Below are positions 21,934-34,032 of a stretch of 64,000 nucleotides of DNA, in pieces; the first letter of the stretch is position 1, and each line of letters starts with the position of its first letter. The notes beneath the pieces were generated by a model that worked only from the letters and a program-made list of their open reading frames with translations, had not been told where the DNA came from and did not search any database. A program made the position numbers and the translations under genes. Source of the DNA: Corallochytrium limacisporum Hawaii (Eukaryota > Protista > Pluriformea); NCBI GenBank assembly GCA_002811645.1, contig PDIP01000049.1:56223-120222 (forward strand), in the 5' to 3' direction.

Positions 21934-23045
21934 GAAAACCCGGGGCGGAACGCCGAATCATCAACCACCCCCTTCCTCTCGCCATTTGGGCCTTATATAA
22001 GCACACTGCCAAACATTGGCGTGTTTTTTTTTTCTTTCTCAAAGCGGTGCGGTGCCCAGGCGCAGGCCAGCCAATGCTCAGACGGGACGGACTGGACGGA
22101 CGACGGTTGCCTGCGTGCGTGCGTGTGTTCCCTCGGAGCGAGTGAGCGAGAGAGAGAGAGAGATCTCGTCATCATCGCTTGCGCGGCCAAAAAAAAAAAG
22201 AGGAAAAAGGACAAAGAAAATCAAAGGCCCAGCACCAGAAAACACCGGCCCTTCCGCGCGGCGGACACGGGAGGGAGCAGGGAAGGGGGGGGGGAGAAAA
22301 AGGGAGAATGGGACCGACCGTGTCCGCCCCCTTTTTTACTACGGGCGAGAGAAGGAATAGGCAAAAAAAAAGGAAAAAAGGAATGGGTGCGGAGTGCGAG
22401 CCCGAGGCGCACCCCCAAGCCGCCCGCCGGGGGGAGGGAGGGGGTTCATTGTTTTGCCTTTCCTTCATTCATTCTTTACTGAGTGTTTGGGAACCGTTCT
22501 TTTTCTTTTTTTTTTTGGTTGGGAAGTCACTGACGTGGCTGGGCTGGGACTCTGTTCGTTTTTTCCCTTTAAAAATTTTGTCGGGTTCTCTCATTTTTTT
22601 TTTGGTCTATGCTCCCAGGTCTCATTCCTTTTTTTTCCCTCTATGTGCCTGGGGGCCCGAAAGCAAAAAAGCAAAAGAGCAAAAAGCAAAAAAAATGGCA
22701 GAACAGAGAACGGCCCGCGGAGGGGGGGGGGCACGCCGTGTTTTCGGTGAATTGTGTTCCCCCGGCGTAACCTTAACCCCCCCTCCCCTTCTGCCCAAGC
22801 CTCCGGAGGGGGGATAAGTGCTTGGTACGTAGCGGTGGGCAGTCCGGTATTGAATGTATCACACTGGAGAGTATGCAAGGGGCAACAACCACGGGGCCCC
22901 GCGGTGGGAGGGGAGGGGGGGGTTCGGTCACCAAGCGCAGCAGTAGTGGTGGTGGTGGTACTCCCTTTGCCCCGGGCGACAAACACAGGGGGGAGGGGGG
23001 CGGGAAGGGGGAGCGGGATTGGCAAAAGCAAAACTACCCGGTCGG

Positions 23046-23061
23046 CCCCCCCGGGGGGGGG
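23046..23061. promoter_or_regulatory. C7G9 tract (second G10 at 23148-23157)
   Basis: Seen directly, 320 bp beyond the START gene stop. Role is inferred. Confidence 0.4.
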
Positions 23062-23380
23062 TATTCTTAGAATATTGAATCAATAGATCAGGAGCCTCGA
23101 AGGCAACCCCCGGCGCGGCGTGGCGCTCCGTGCCCAGGGCCGGCTTTGGGGGGGGGGTGATCGTTCGCCCGCAGAGGATCTGGTGGGCAAGGAATGTCGA
23201 TACTGTGTAGTAATGTCAATAGATGTTCAACGCAAGTTTAATGAATGTCAACCCTTGGGTTTCTGTGATCGAAAATGAAGGAAGGGATGCCTATGGTTTC
23301 ATGTGGTGCTGATGGATATGAAGATGACAATTGATGTACATGCCATTCCTTGGGAATCGATGGCAATGTGAACAGCCCAC

Positions 23381-24067
23381 TCATGCCGATGGAGAGTTGG
23401 CCTGATTCTCTATGATATTTGCACAGTGAGCAACTTCAGCTCGACTCGTACCTGGGTTCAGGCGGTTTGTGACCCAGCCAGGAACCCATCCATTTAGATC
23501 CGTAATGTTCATATATGTAAACTCGATGCGGTTTGACCCTTCGATCGGTCTGAACTGACGAATCTGGAACGGTAACGTGGTTCGAACGTAGCCTTTGCGG
23601 TCTACCATCTTTGGATGCGACTTCAGGGACCGATCCGCAAGTAGTAGAGTACCATCTTCCAGGAGCTCTGCGCGGCGGCACATGATAAAGTCACGGTTTG
23701 TGAACGGCTTGGGCAATTCGTAGTGCAGAGAATGCAAGTTCTCATCATCAGACTTGCGTTCCAGATAATCACCTCCGGCGAATGTCTCGTTCCATTCCTT
23801 ATGCCGTTCGACCATATTCGTGTGCAAAAGATCCCGGGCAGAGTCCGTCGAGTGTGCTTCGTAGGTGGTCACGAACTTGAACGCGTTGACGCGACAGCCC
23901 GGGACCAGCTTGGTGCTCGTTCGGACTAGTCTTCCCAGAACGGTGACGTCCTTTTTCGGTTTCCAGCCGTCCTCAGAATTGGTAAATTCATACCACTTCA
24001 TGAGCTCTTCTTTACTAATCCATGGCGTTGTCGGACTGCTGATTCCGAGTTCAGCCTGGGGTGACAT
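23381..24067 (-). CDS. START/SRPBCC lipid-binding domain protein
   Basis: First ATG at 24067 (gaccATGt). START hallmarks HKEWNETF, LPKPFTNRDFI, KGYVRT and TDLNGWVPGWVTN. Confidence 0.88.
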   Translation of the reverse strand: MSPQAELGISSPTTPWISKEELMKWYEFTNSEDGWKPKKDVTVLGRLVRTSTKLVPGCRVNAFKFVTTYEAHSTDSARDLLHTNMVERHKEWNETFAGGDYLERKSDDENLHSLHYELPKPFTNRDFIMCRRAELLEDGTLLLADRSLKSHPKMVDRKGYVRTTLPFQIRQFRPIEGSNRIEFTYMNITDLNGWVPGWVTNRLNPGTSRAEVAHCANIIENQANSPSA

Positions 24068-24626
24068 GGTCTTCTTTACTCCGCGGAAAAAACGCAATTG
24101 CCGATACAAACCAATGAATTCGCTTAATCTTAGGTCCCAGTAGGAATAACAATGTGATATAAAATAAGATAGCGGTCTAATCGAAGTCCCACTAGAAGGA
24201 GAGGTTACCGTTTGATGCTACCCGGCTTAGTTTCCGCTCAATTCTTGTGCCTTTAAGTACCAAACACAAACACATGACAAATACCAACCACGACATTGAG
24301 AAAACAGATCCAAACGAAACCGAAAACATCAACGTCTGTCTGCCGGAGATAACAACGGAGAAACCCTACGAAATTGGGCGATGGGGGAAGTAGACAGTCA
24401 CGGACAGACGCTGCCGTGTACTGATCCGTGGGCCCCGACCCGGGCCGTCCGCAGCATCTGACCCGCCCTAAATGGCCACATAGGGGGCGGACGGATCAGT
24501 ACAGAACGAACGAGGAAGGGAGGGAGGGGAGAAGGTTACGCAAGCACGGTTAATATTTGATCAATAATTGTGCAAAATTTAATGGACCCCTGAAAAATCA
24601 AAAAAATATGCGAATCAAATATTTCA

Positions 24627-27557
24627 TCAGTGTCCAAGGTGACCCTGGCTCTGGCGGGCCCTCGCCCGTCGGTCCGTCTCCTTCGCCTGCCACTGGCGCA
24701 TCGCCTCCATCTCACGCCCCACGGCGACGTATGCTTCCTGCGCCTTCCGCAGCTCTTCGGCCACATACGCACGCCGCAATTGCAATCCGCGGCGATCCCG
24801 ACGTGTCGCGCGGTCGTTGTCGATGAGGCCGAGGGTGAGGACACGTAGCGACCATGCTACTATTCCACCGCTCGGCACGGATCCGGCCTCGATCTGTGTG
24901 AGAGTTAGCAGTTCCTCTTCACACTTACGCACCGTCGCTTCGTGCTTCGATTTCTTACTGGACAATTGAAGCAGGCGGAGCGGGTACATTATCCACCGGT
25001 CCTCCATCATGGACCGCATGGCCGCGAGGTAAAGTGGGGATTCGGCCTGTAGCATGGCATCACCCTTTCCACTGCTGCCAGTGCGCCCGTAGTTCTCATC
25101 GCTATCGATGTCGACAAAAGCGGAGGTCGCAATCGAACGCAGTTCCTGTTCTGTCTTCCCCCTAAATACGGTCATGAGAACATCATCGTAGCTGACACGC
25201 CCATCCTTGGCGGCGACCAATTTGTCCACCACGGCGAGGAAGTCGAGTCGGTTCCACCGTCTGCCTCCGTCTGCATCGCCTGTCGCCGCAGCCGCAGAGC
25301 TGTGGCTTTCTGTGCCGCCGAGGCCGAAGCCACGACGCCTGAGGACGTCGACGCGGTCCTCGACCAAACGGTCAACGCAGGCATCAACCGTAGCGCTTGT
25401 TCCAGCATTACTGAGCAGCCTTCCAAGACCGAAGAGGTCGCTAAGCCGGCCGCCAACTGTGTCTGTGACACGCGTGCGCTCCGAGTCAGTTAGAATTCGT
25501 CCGCTGAGGCGCTCGATAAGAGCAATGGCCTGCCCCTCAGGCGCATCCTGCATCGTAATTGATCGCGTTTTCTTCATAATGGCTGGTGACGCTACCGTCA
25601 TGACTGTGGACCGCGCCATGTCACCTGCATTATTGTCCGTCACAAAGATGACGTGCGCAATGTCTGCTTCGACAAGTTCTACTGCCCAAAGCGCCAGCAT
25701 GCGCGCATACCAATTGGCTTCAGTGATGAAAGTGGTATTGAAGCCTTCGATGATGACCACAGGCTTGTCCTTGGCCGCTGTCGTGCTCCAGGGCAGGATG
25801 CGACCACGCAGATTTCGCAGGGCTGCCGTACCCAGACGTACAGATGTCTGGGGCCCGTTCTCAGCTGCGAACTGTTTGTCATTGACGTTCTTGAGCTCTT
25901 CGTGCTCGTCAGCGACGTTGTCATCGTGCAATGCGTGTGGTTTCTTGCTCTGGTATGCCTGCTCGATATAACGATTCGTTGTAAAGTACGTCTTACCAAA
26001 GCCCTGCAATGCGAACGTCGTGACCTTCAGACAGTCAGCAGTTTGTGTCTGTGCAGTACTTGCGAAGGAAGCCTTGATTCCCGTCGAAGCCTGTAGAATC
26101 TTCTCCACATAACCTTGAAGAGTGCTCAACCACAATAGCGATGGTCTCATTCCGGTATCCTTTATCAAAGACCGCAGAATGTGAAGATCAAACAGTTGCT
26201 CTGCGCGTTGCTGCCGATCTTTCTCACCACCGAGGCCCTCTGTAGCGGCACCGGAAGTAGCATTCAGGCCGTTTAGCGTAGTCGTTTTGTCCTGCGTCGG
26301 GCAGTGAATTAGCAAGGCCTTTGACCGGTCCCTTACCATCCGATTTGCGGTCGCGCTCTTGCCCGTGCCTCGCGGACCCGACAGGACGAGGATGGCGGCC
26401 TTATCGCCGCTGTTTAGGAGTTCACTGATTTCGTTCAGCGTTTCACGCTGGTAGGGGAGCACTTCGTTGGAAGCTGGACTGTGGGTCCTGTTCTTGTCAT
26501 CTCCGTCACGATCGCAAGTCCCGCTCAAGACACTGTCCAGCCCGAGAATGCCAGCCGTGTTGCGCATCAAGTCCCGTGCAGAGCCGAAAAAGTCCGTGGC
26601 ATGGCTTCCAAACGAAGCCAAATGGCGCTCTACGAAGAGTACACGGACTGGCTCAAAAATCGTGTACGTTATTACCGCACTGGCCGTCAAGAGAGTTGGC
26701 ATAATAACGCGACTGTTTTGCTTGAAGAATGCCTTGATCAAATTCAGGCGAATGATGGGGTCATATGCCATGACCATAATGTGATAACCAGCTGAATTAG
26801 CACCCTCCTTGGTCACAGCGGGCAGTACGGCGCGATGAAGGCACACAGAGGCGGAGCAGGCCTGGTTCACGTCCGCAAAGTACGCAGTGAACGAAGTTTT
26901 TTGCGGCGTAGGCGAACCAACGATAGACAGGCCTTTGAGCTTGCCGAAGGAGCGCAGACGCGCGTAGAGCGCATCAACCGTCGGATTCTGAGTATTGCCA
27001 CCGTGTCCCTCGACCTCGACTTTCAGTCGTTGACTTCGGAGGATCGGCAGATCAGTGAGATATGGCCGACCTAGGACGTCGTGCACTTCGGCGCGACCAT
27101 TGAATAGATTCCGCACTGAATTGCTCAGTGAACCACGAATGTCAGAGAGACAGGCGTCCACAGTCTCCTTTTCTGCGCGCTCGACCATACGAATGCGCAC
27201 GAGGATACCACCTTCCTCCAACCGCGGCAGAATTTTGACGTGATCAACTACTGTTCCAGCCATCCCTTCAGCCTCGGGTCCCATTTTCTGCAGTCGTTTG
27301 ATAACCTCCTGCATGATCTCGCCCCGGTTGCCTTCAAGCTGGGAGATCCGGTTTCTCAATGAGCTGGACCGAAGGAACCACATGACATCCCAGTGCCCAT
27401 ACTTGACCGGACACACATTGGCGATCCAAAAGCTTACTTCCTTGGTTTCGCCTGAATCTGTGGTCAACCAGCGGCGCTGGGTACGGCGAAGAGCCTGCAA
27501 TGCCGGTCTGCTCACCATCGATGGGCGCAGAGCCCAAGATCTGATGATCATTCGCAT
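24627..27557 (-). CDS. YME2: Mitochondrial escape protein 2 (Yme2/RNA12)-like
   Basis: Arg-rich presequence, PRLEEGGILV, GRPYLTDL, RRM (LYARLRSFGKL), TM segment SRVIMPTLL..IFEPVRVLFVE, P-loop LSGPRGTGKS, KPVVIIEGF, LVEADIAHVIFVT and VGGRLSDL. Confidence 0.85.
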   Translation of the reverse strand: MRMIIRSWALRPSMVSRPALQALRRTQRRWLTTDSGETKEVSFWIANVCPVKYGHWDVMWFLRSSSLRNRISQLEGNRGEIMQEVIKRLQKMGPEAEGMAGTVVDHVKILPRLEEGGILVRIRMVERAEKETVDACLSDIRGSLSNSVRNLFNGRAEVHDVLGRPYLTDLPILRSQRLKVEVEGHGGNTQNPTVDALYARLRSFGKLKGLSIVGSPTPQKTSFTAYFADVNQACSASVCLHRAVLPAVTKEGANSAGYHIMVMAYDPIIRLNLIKAFFKQNSRVIMPTLLTASAVITYTIFEPVRVLFVERHLASFGSHATDFFGSARDLMRNTAGILGLDSVLSGTCDRDGDDKNRTHSPASNEVLPYQRETLNEISELLNSGDKAAILVLSGPRGTGKSATANRMVRDRSKALLIHCPTQDKTTTLNGLNATSGAATEGLGGEKDRQQRAEQLFDLHILRSLIKDTGMRPSLLWLSTLQGYVEKILQASTGIKASFASTAQTQTADCLKVTTFALQGFGKTYFTTNRYIEQAYQSKKPHALHDDNVADEHEELKNVNDKQFAAENGPQTSVRLGTAALRNLRGRILPWSTTAAKDKPVVIIEGFNTTFITEANWYARMLALWAVELVEADIAHVIFVTDNNAGDMARSTVMTVASPAIMKKTRSITMQDAPEGQAIALIERLSGRILTDSERTRVTDTVGGRLSDLFGLGRLLSNAGTSATVDACVDRLVEDRVDVLRRRGFGLGGTESHSSAAAATGDADGGRRWNRLDFLAVVDKLVAAKDGRVSYDDVLMTVFRGKTEQELRSIATSAFVDIDSDENYGRTGSSGKGDAMLQAESPLYLAAMRSMMEDRWIMYPLRLLQLSSKKSKHEATVRKCEEELLTLTQIEAGSVPSGGIVAWSLRVLTLGLIDNDRATRRDRRGLQLRRAYVAEELRKAQEAYVAVGREMEAMRQWQAKETDRRARARQSQGHLGH

Positions 27558-28733
27558 GGTTTGATAAGTCCACAGCTATCCAATATATGCGGCTACCCGC
27601 TGTGGATTTTCATCCCTAAGAATCTGTCGTATGGGAACACATACACTGCACCTACCATCTCATAGATATCGTACTTACAAGCTATGCTCATATCGTCATA
27701 CTTGATCTACCTCCATCAGGAAACGCACCAGACCGCTAAGAATTCCAAGACAACAAGAATCGCGCCGTTCCAAGATTATGCGGTCTCAATGTTTGCCTTC
27801 ACCGCCCCGCCCAAGTCCCGGGGGGGCCCTCTTGGCGCTGCCTCTAACTTTTTTCCGGTGGGTCTGCTGCTGTCGATGGCGCGAAAATGGACTCCCCATC
27901 TGAGAGCCCTCCCCGCATATCGGGGATCACAATCACCGGACCCCATCGTTAAGGCGTGCTGTCAATTTGACCAGAAATCTTTCTTTCTGATGTCGTTCGA
28001 CTCTTTGTTATCGTCACGCCCGAAGTTTTGGGGCAGCCCATTGTTTTACTATTGCAACGGGCGTGCCCTCTCGTGACTTGGAGCCGGAAAGAAAAGGGCA
28101 GGACAGCACTACCAACCCTCTCACCCTAACTATCCACATTTCCCCATAGTCAATGAACCGGGAGAGAAAAATTCTCTGCGCAACGGGAGTGGGGGGGGGG
28201 AGGTAGGACGCAGAATTTCCTTGCTTTTGTTCCTTCCGCTGTCAGCTGTCAGGAGCAATTATACTGTTCATAAGGTCCTGTACGGGTACCTCGGCTCCTG
28301 AAAAAGGGAGATCCATCCATCTATCCTGTATCGCGTAGAGTCGCTGCCACGACACTTCTTTTTAGTGTGGTTTGATACCCACCGTAAACCGGAGATTTGC
28401 GACGCGCTGAACGGATCGCCATCCTTTGAAGCGTAGTAACACTTCGGTACCCGACCGAGAGAGGGAGGGCATAGAGAGGTGAATGTCAGTTGGCACACCT
28501 TCGGAAGGTGATGGAACTGATTATCCGCAAGCGCATTCTGCGCACTTCTTCGCCACAGTTGTACGATGCTCCTGTTTCGTTGTGATATACTATTTCAAAG
28601 ACCGAAAATTGAGTGGGAGAATCCTTTGCCATTCTCTTGTTTGTGTGCATATGAAGTTAGAATAACAGCCTGCGAAACGTACTGTTGCAGAGACCGTCGT
28701 TTGACATCTCCGCGGAAACTAAAACGGGAACCA

Positions 28734-29846
28734 ATGGGGATCGTCACTACCTTAACCGTTTCGTTCTTTGCCTTACTTGAAACCTTCGGGAATCTTGTGG
28801 TGGTCATTGACTTCCTCGGGGACAATGCAGCCAGCCGTGTACGGATACTACCATCAGACAGCTGCACGGCACCAAAACTACCTGAGGATCCCACGGAGGA
28901 GAGGCCGTACTACGTCTCGAGCGCATGCTGGGATATCTACGCTGGTAACTACCACTGCGGGACATCTCGAGAATGGGAGTTCGTAAGCGTTTTTGATGAC
29001 GTTTACGACGGTATCAGTGATGTAGACGTTCGAGGTCCTCTGGAATGCAAGGAGGGTGGAGGGATTGTCGAGTACGACGCGCCGTGGATGAACCACAAGG
29101 TCAAAGACCCTCAGAAAGCAGAGACTCTTTACGCGAATCGGACTTTCTCATGGCAATTTGCAATTAACAGTGAGGTCCCTGCTAAGGAGTGCAAGTTCAT
29201 ACCAGACTCACCATTCCATCGCGTTACCAATGCTTCGCAGGACACTGCGCATCGATTAAAGTGCTCACCTTTGTGGGTCACCGTTGGTCTCGTCCTGATG
29301 ATACCCGCTTTGTTCCTCGAGGAGGTTATTGGCTGCTTTGCTTTCCGTCGCGAGTATGGGGAGTGGAGCTGCCTAATGCCGTACGCGACCACCTCAATCA
29401 CTGGGCACATCGCGCAGCTCGTGACGTGGCTCAAAGGTGGCCGGTGGATCATGATGGACGATCTCCCGGCGCTAAAACAGCATCGTGTTGGCATCACTGG
29501 TAAGGCGTTTGTGAACCTTTGGACGTCTGCTTCTTCCGGTCTGGCCGTGTTCGTGGTTCTGGACGCCTTCGGAAACACCGCCGGAGCGCTTGCGTTCGCC
29601 ATCTTCCTGGTCGTTGTGACTGTTCTAGGTACGTTGAACGCCTTCGTAGAGCTTCTCCGTGTCCTCTGGGCCCTTAAGAGGGGTAGGCTGCTTAGTATTC
29701 CAGATTTGCAGTATTCTGGCGTGTCACAGGACGAAGGATTTGGATCGGAAGGTGACGAGCTCCCAACAACAGATGACGCCGAACGAAACATTCAGCACGA
29801 GCGAACTGCGCTATACCCCGTCAAGTTTGCTACTCGAGATGACTGA
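28734..29846 (+). CDS. Hypothetical multi-pass membrane protein with Cys-containing luminal domain
   Basis: 370 aa from the first ATG (accaATGg). N-terminal hydrophobic segment, ~180 aa loop with 6 Cys, then about 3 hydrophobic helices and an acidic tail. Family not recognised. Confidence 0.75.
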   Translation: MGIVTTLTVSFFALLETFGNLVVVIDFLGDNAASRVRILPSDSCTAPKLPEDPTEERPYYVSSACWDIYAGNYHCGTSREWEFVSVFDDVYDGISDVDVRGPLECKEGGGIVEYDAPWMNHKVKDPQKAETLYANRTFSWQFAINSEVPAKECKFIPDSPFHRVTNASQDTAHRLKCSPLWVTVGLVLMIPALFLEEVIGCFAFRREYGEWSCLMPYATTSITGHIAQLVTWLKGGRWIMMDDLPALKQHRVGITGKAFVNLWTSASSGLAVFVVLDAFGNTAGALAFAIFLVVVTVLGTLNAFVELLRVLWALKRGRLLSIPDLQYSGVSQDEGFGSEGDELPTTDDAERNIQHERTALYPVKFATRDD

Positions 29847-30031
29847 TACAGTCATGCATAGCGTATACATAAAACAACATATCATAGTATCCACCCGTGA
29901 TCACCTTCATCCTCCTGCTTCACAAAACATGATTCGTCGCGATCTAACCCTCGCCAAGAACAACACGCCCCACACCGGACAAATTGGATGCCCCTCCCGC
30001 CCCACCGGGGCAGATCAGCGCGGACTGAGGG

Positions 30032-30504
30032 CCCCCCCCCCGGGCGGCCCTCCCTGCTGCGCATTCTCGGGACCCAAGACAGCCAGAGTAAAAGGGCATC
30101 CCTCATCGCTAACAACGACCCCGCCAAAATTCCTACGGAACCCAAAAAAAAAAAGCGGCCGCCACCACCTCTACTCAAACCCGAATCCCCTTCCCCCGGT
30201 ACCGTCTCAAAGCTCTCTTGGTGTCCTATTGTTTCCTCCCAGATCAGTCGGGCCTCCCGTTGCTCTTCCCTCTCTCTCCCTCCCCCCCCCACAAAACCCC
30301 CCGCGCGGGTCCCCGCAACGAAATGCCATCCGGCTGTATACGCCACCCACCACCCCCAAGCCCCACTTTTCCCGGGGCGGGGGAAATTTCAATGAGAAAA
30401 AAAACAGTAAAGGTAGGGCCTTATTGCTTTAATTGCTCCCCCCTTCTTCCGTTCGCCCTGCGCGGGCCTTCCCCATCCTGGCCCGAAGGACCCCCGGGGG
30501 GGGG
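30032..30504. promoter_or_regulatory. Two C/G tracts (C10G3 at 30032, C5G9 at 30491) within degraded sequence
   Basis: Seen directly. Role is inferred. Confidence 0.4.
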
Positions 30505-32632
30505 AGCCGTGCGGGCTGCCCCCCATAGACATCCCCCGTACATTAACTACTGAAACTTCAGCCCGGGGAGCCAGGACTTCCCTGGACTAGACGCCAGTTA
30601 CGGCAAACCGGGACGGCAGCAAAAATTTTCTTCACTTTGCCAGATAGTGTCTGAAGTATACCAGGACAGGCAGTTTCCAGCTGGCTTTGACCGTGCGGCC
30701 GTGTGTGTGAACCGTTCCCATAAGACATCATCTCAAGAACGCATCCCTCCCAGCGATCGATGGATGCGTGTGTTTTCAGTATATTCTCCTTGTATATTCA
30801 CTGGTCACATTCTTTGCCACCAACACCAACCTGCTGCGTACGAGTAGGCACGCCCACCCCGACGGCGCGGGTTCTTGACGTTGGCGGCGCAGAAGGGTCA
30901 CAAGCGGTGGCTGCTTGTACTAGGAATGCGCAACTTTACCTTACCGCCCAGTTTCCGTTGAGTTTGCGCAGGACCGCAAGTCCCACCACCGTGATATCCA
31001 TTGCTACCACTTGGTTCCTGGGGCTCAAGGCGCCAGGAAATTCAAACCTTGGCAGCACTATTGTCCTATACTTTTCAAGGCGTGGCTATCTGGAACAGCA
31101 AGGGCGAGTAGGAGCAATCCATTGGTGAAGCGCTGTCGTTCGCCATCGCTGCGGCCTGTTCACTTGAATTCTCAGCCAACCGAGATCGTACCAGACGACA
31201 TCGCAGAAAGACGGAACACCCAAAGAAGTTCATGGTCCACATTCGAACCCACGGCCCGTCCAATAGCCTTACACGCCGCACACGCAAAGGGGCCCAGACC
31301 TTAACACACTGATACCTTACGTATACACCCACCATACCGTCTTCTATCGACCTTCGGTAGCTAAATCAGCGCGCTGTAAACGGGGGAGTTCTACCTGACG
31401 TGTCGCCTATGTAGATTCCAATTTTGGAAGGTTTCAGAACTACCCAAACAAAGGAAACCAGGACCGCACAGGCAATCGAAAGCTGAGAAAAATCTTTCCT
31501 CAGTGCCAGTATCGACGAACTGACAGGTTCTCCAAAGATCGGGGCTGTGGGTGTGCGTTGATGATGTAGTACTGAACGTACTCACGGGGATGAACGGAGG
31601 TTGGAGAACCCACACAGTTAACTCAGCCGGTTCAAGTCATTATTGTGTTTCTGCTGAAAGCACCACGTTAACTGCATGCTACAGCTACGGCAGCCAATGT
31701 ACGGCCGTGTACGCGCCACTATAATACATCGGAGGCCGAGGGCTGGGTGTGTGTTAATAGCTACCCCTCATTATTCCAAACGACAAAATCCGATGACATT
31801 GGTTCGTTTCGCACCCGTGAGATGAATTCAGCACACTGCAATGGAAAAATCGCCGCTGCCCATTCTCAAAATGCCCCTCCACAAGAACAGTTTCTCAGCA
31901 GAGGCCCCGTGCCCGAAGCTCAAGCATCATAAAGGTATCCTCAGTTCGATCGGCATCAGCGCTGTCATCACCCTCGAATTGACCTAGAAACATGCAATAA
32001 CCACCCCGTTCACTGGCAAAAGGTTTCGGGCATGCTCAACATTCATAGTTCCCATATGATGTTCGTTATACGTCTCACATGTGCGAAACAGCTGCTCAGA
32101 ATCGTATTCACCTTTGCTGGGATTGGTGGCGAAGATGGGAAATACAAATTACACTGCGCTTGTACGGGGCGGGTTTGTGGGTTCGTACACGGACCTGCTA
32201 CCGGACGAACTTATAATTCGGCTTTTAGCCCTGTATCGTGTGCAGTTTCGATAAAGTTGTCACATTTAGCACCCCACAGGCCACTTTTCCTCTCTCTAGC
32301 AACTGTGTGGCCCAATATTCTCATGGGCATCAGTGTGGCACGGGCATTGGACATGAGCTACATGGTGGCTGTGTCCCTAATCTTATCTTAGCGAGCAAGA
32401 GCAAAGGCACGCACAGACATGACGAATGTCGGGCTGCCCGAAGTGAGGCGAGCAGTAGCTAATGAACCAAAAGTGAAGAATTTTGTGCGCCAGCCAACCA
32501 CCGTTGCCCTGGGCGTACAGTGCCAAAAGTCCATTCTCGTGCGGGTTTTTTTTTCTTCAAACTTCAATTACATTTCGCCCGAATCCCAGAATTGAACAAT
32601 TTTCACCCCGTTGCAGTTTTCTATTTGTGGCT

Positions 32633-32642
32633 CACACACACA

Positions 32643-32674
<32 letters not shown>

Positions 32675-32702
32675 GAGACACACACTCACAGACACAGACA
32701 CA
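32633..32702. repeat. Imperfect (CA)n microsatellite
   Basis: cacacaca...cgcgcgca...cacagagacacacac. Confidence 0.85.
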
Positions 32703-33382
32703 GAGCACCCCCGACTCCTCCACCTCCCCTCTCGCGGGGGTCTTCCCTTAGGGTCTCTGCCCTAACTGCCGCTTTTTTCCTTTCTCGCTTATCTTTGTTT
32801 TTTTTTTTTGTTGCTTTTCTTCTTTATTTGCTATTTTTCCCCTTCTTTTTATTAGGTCTCTTTAGTCTTATATCAGCGCGCCGCAGCAGAGGAGTGCTGG
32901 AGTTGGTACTATGCCTCGCCTGGCTCCGTCTCGTCGCTAAGTACGGTACCTGCACAAGTTCGGTTCTCAATGGTCCGCCGGCCACCTCTCTCCCTCCCCT
33001 TCTCCTCCCGCTGTGTCTTGTCTCTCTCCCTCTCTCTCCCTCTCTCGCTGCCTTGGTCTCGCCTTGGGCAAAAACTTGGGATCGGCACACACACGCACAC
33101 ACTCTCTCGCGGCCCGCCCGTCTGTGAGTATGTGTCTGTGTACTCCCGCTCTCCCGCGCGGCCCTCCTTCTCGTGCGCGGCACCCACCCTCTCTGCTCTC
33201 CTTTTTTTCTTCCTCCCATCCTCCTCGTTCCCACTGCCAGTGCCCTGACCATACGGGCCCAACCGCGTTTTACGTTGGGGTAGGCACACTTGCCACTCCT
33301 ACCGACCTACCCGATCGATGTTCTCTTCGGTGTGCCACTGGAACAGCTCCCCCCTCTCGACGGTCTGGTCTCTCTCCCCTTC

Positions 33383-33651
33383 NNNNNNNNNNNNNNNNNN
33401 NNNNNNNNNNNNNNNNNNNNNNNNNNNNNNNNNNNNNNNNNNNNNNNNNNNNNNNNNNNNNNNNNNNNNNNNNNNNNNNNNNNNNNNNNNNNNNNNNNNN
33501 NNNNNNNNNNNNNNNNNNNNNNNNNNNNNNNNNNNNNNNNNNNNNNNNNNNNNNNNNNNNNNNNNNNNNNNNNNNNNNNNNNNNNNNNNNNNNNNNNNNN
33601 NNNNNNNNNNNNNNNNNNNNNNNNNNNNNNNNNNNNNNNNNNNNNCCCCCC
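33383..33651. other. 263-N assembly gap ending in a C run
   Basis: N at 33383-33645, followed by C6. Confidence 0.95.
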
Positions 33652-34032
33652 TCCACCCCCGCCCTCTCTTGCCTCCCCTCACCACAACCACACACACACA
33701 CACTCTCTCTCCCCTTCGCACTTCGCTACGTTTTCCTTCACACCGAGTTCTGCTGGGTGCCTGGGGGCTTGGGCATAAGCTCGCGATTTGGGAGTGGTGC
33801 ACCGGCGGGAGGAACGGACGGTTCTGCGATGTACATGTCGTACATATCTGTGGCGTTCACGGGCTGCCTTATCGACTCTGATAGTGGTACTTATGCTGGA
33901 CATGGAAGTGTTCAGTTGCTGATCAAACAGGGGACGTGTTTATGTATGGGCGTTTAGGCAGTGAGAATACTTCGCCTGCCACGCACCTCCGACCATCCAC
34001 TCTTACAGAAAGCAGAAACAGAACCTACAAAC

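Noticed and set aside
23108-23380. Resemblance to the SRP RNA Alu 5' end
   Set aside because: No S-domain helix 6/8 motif follows, and it lies in a low-quality halo.
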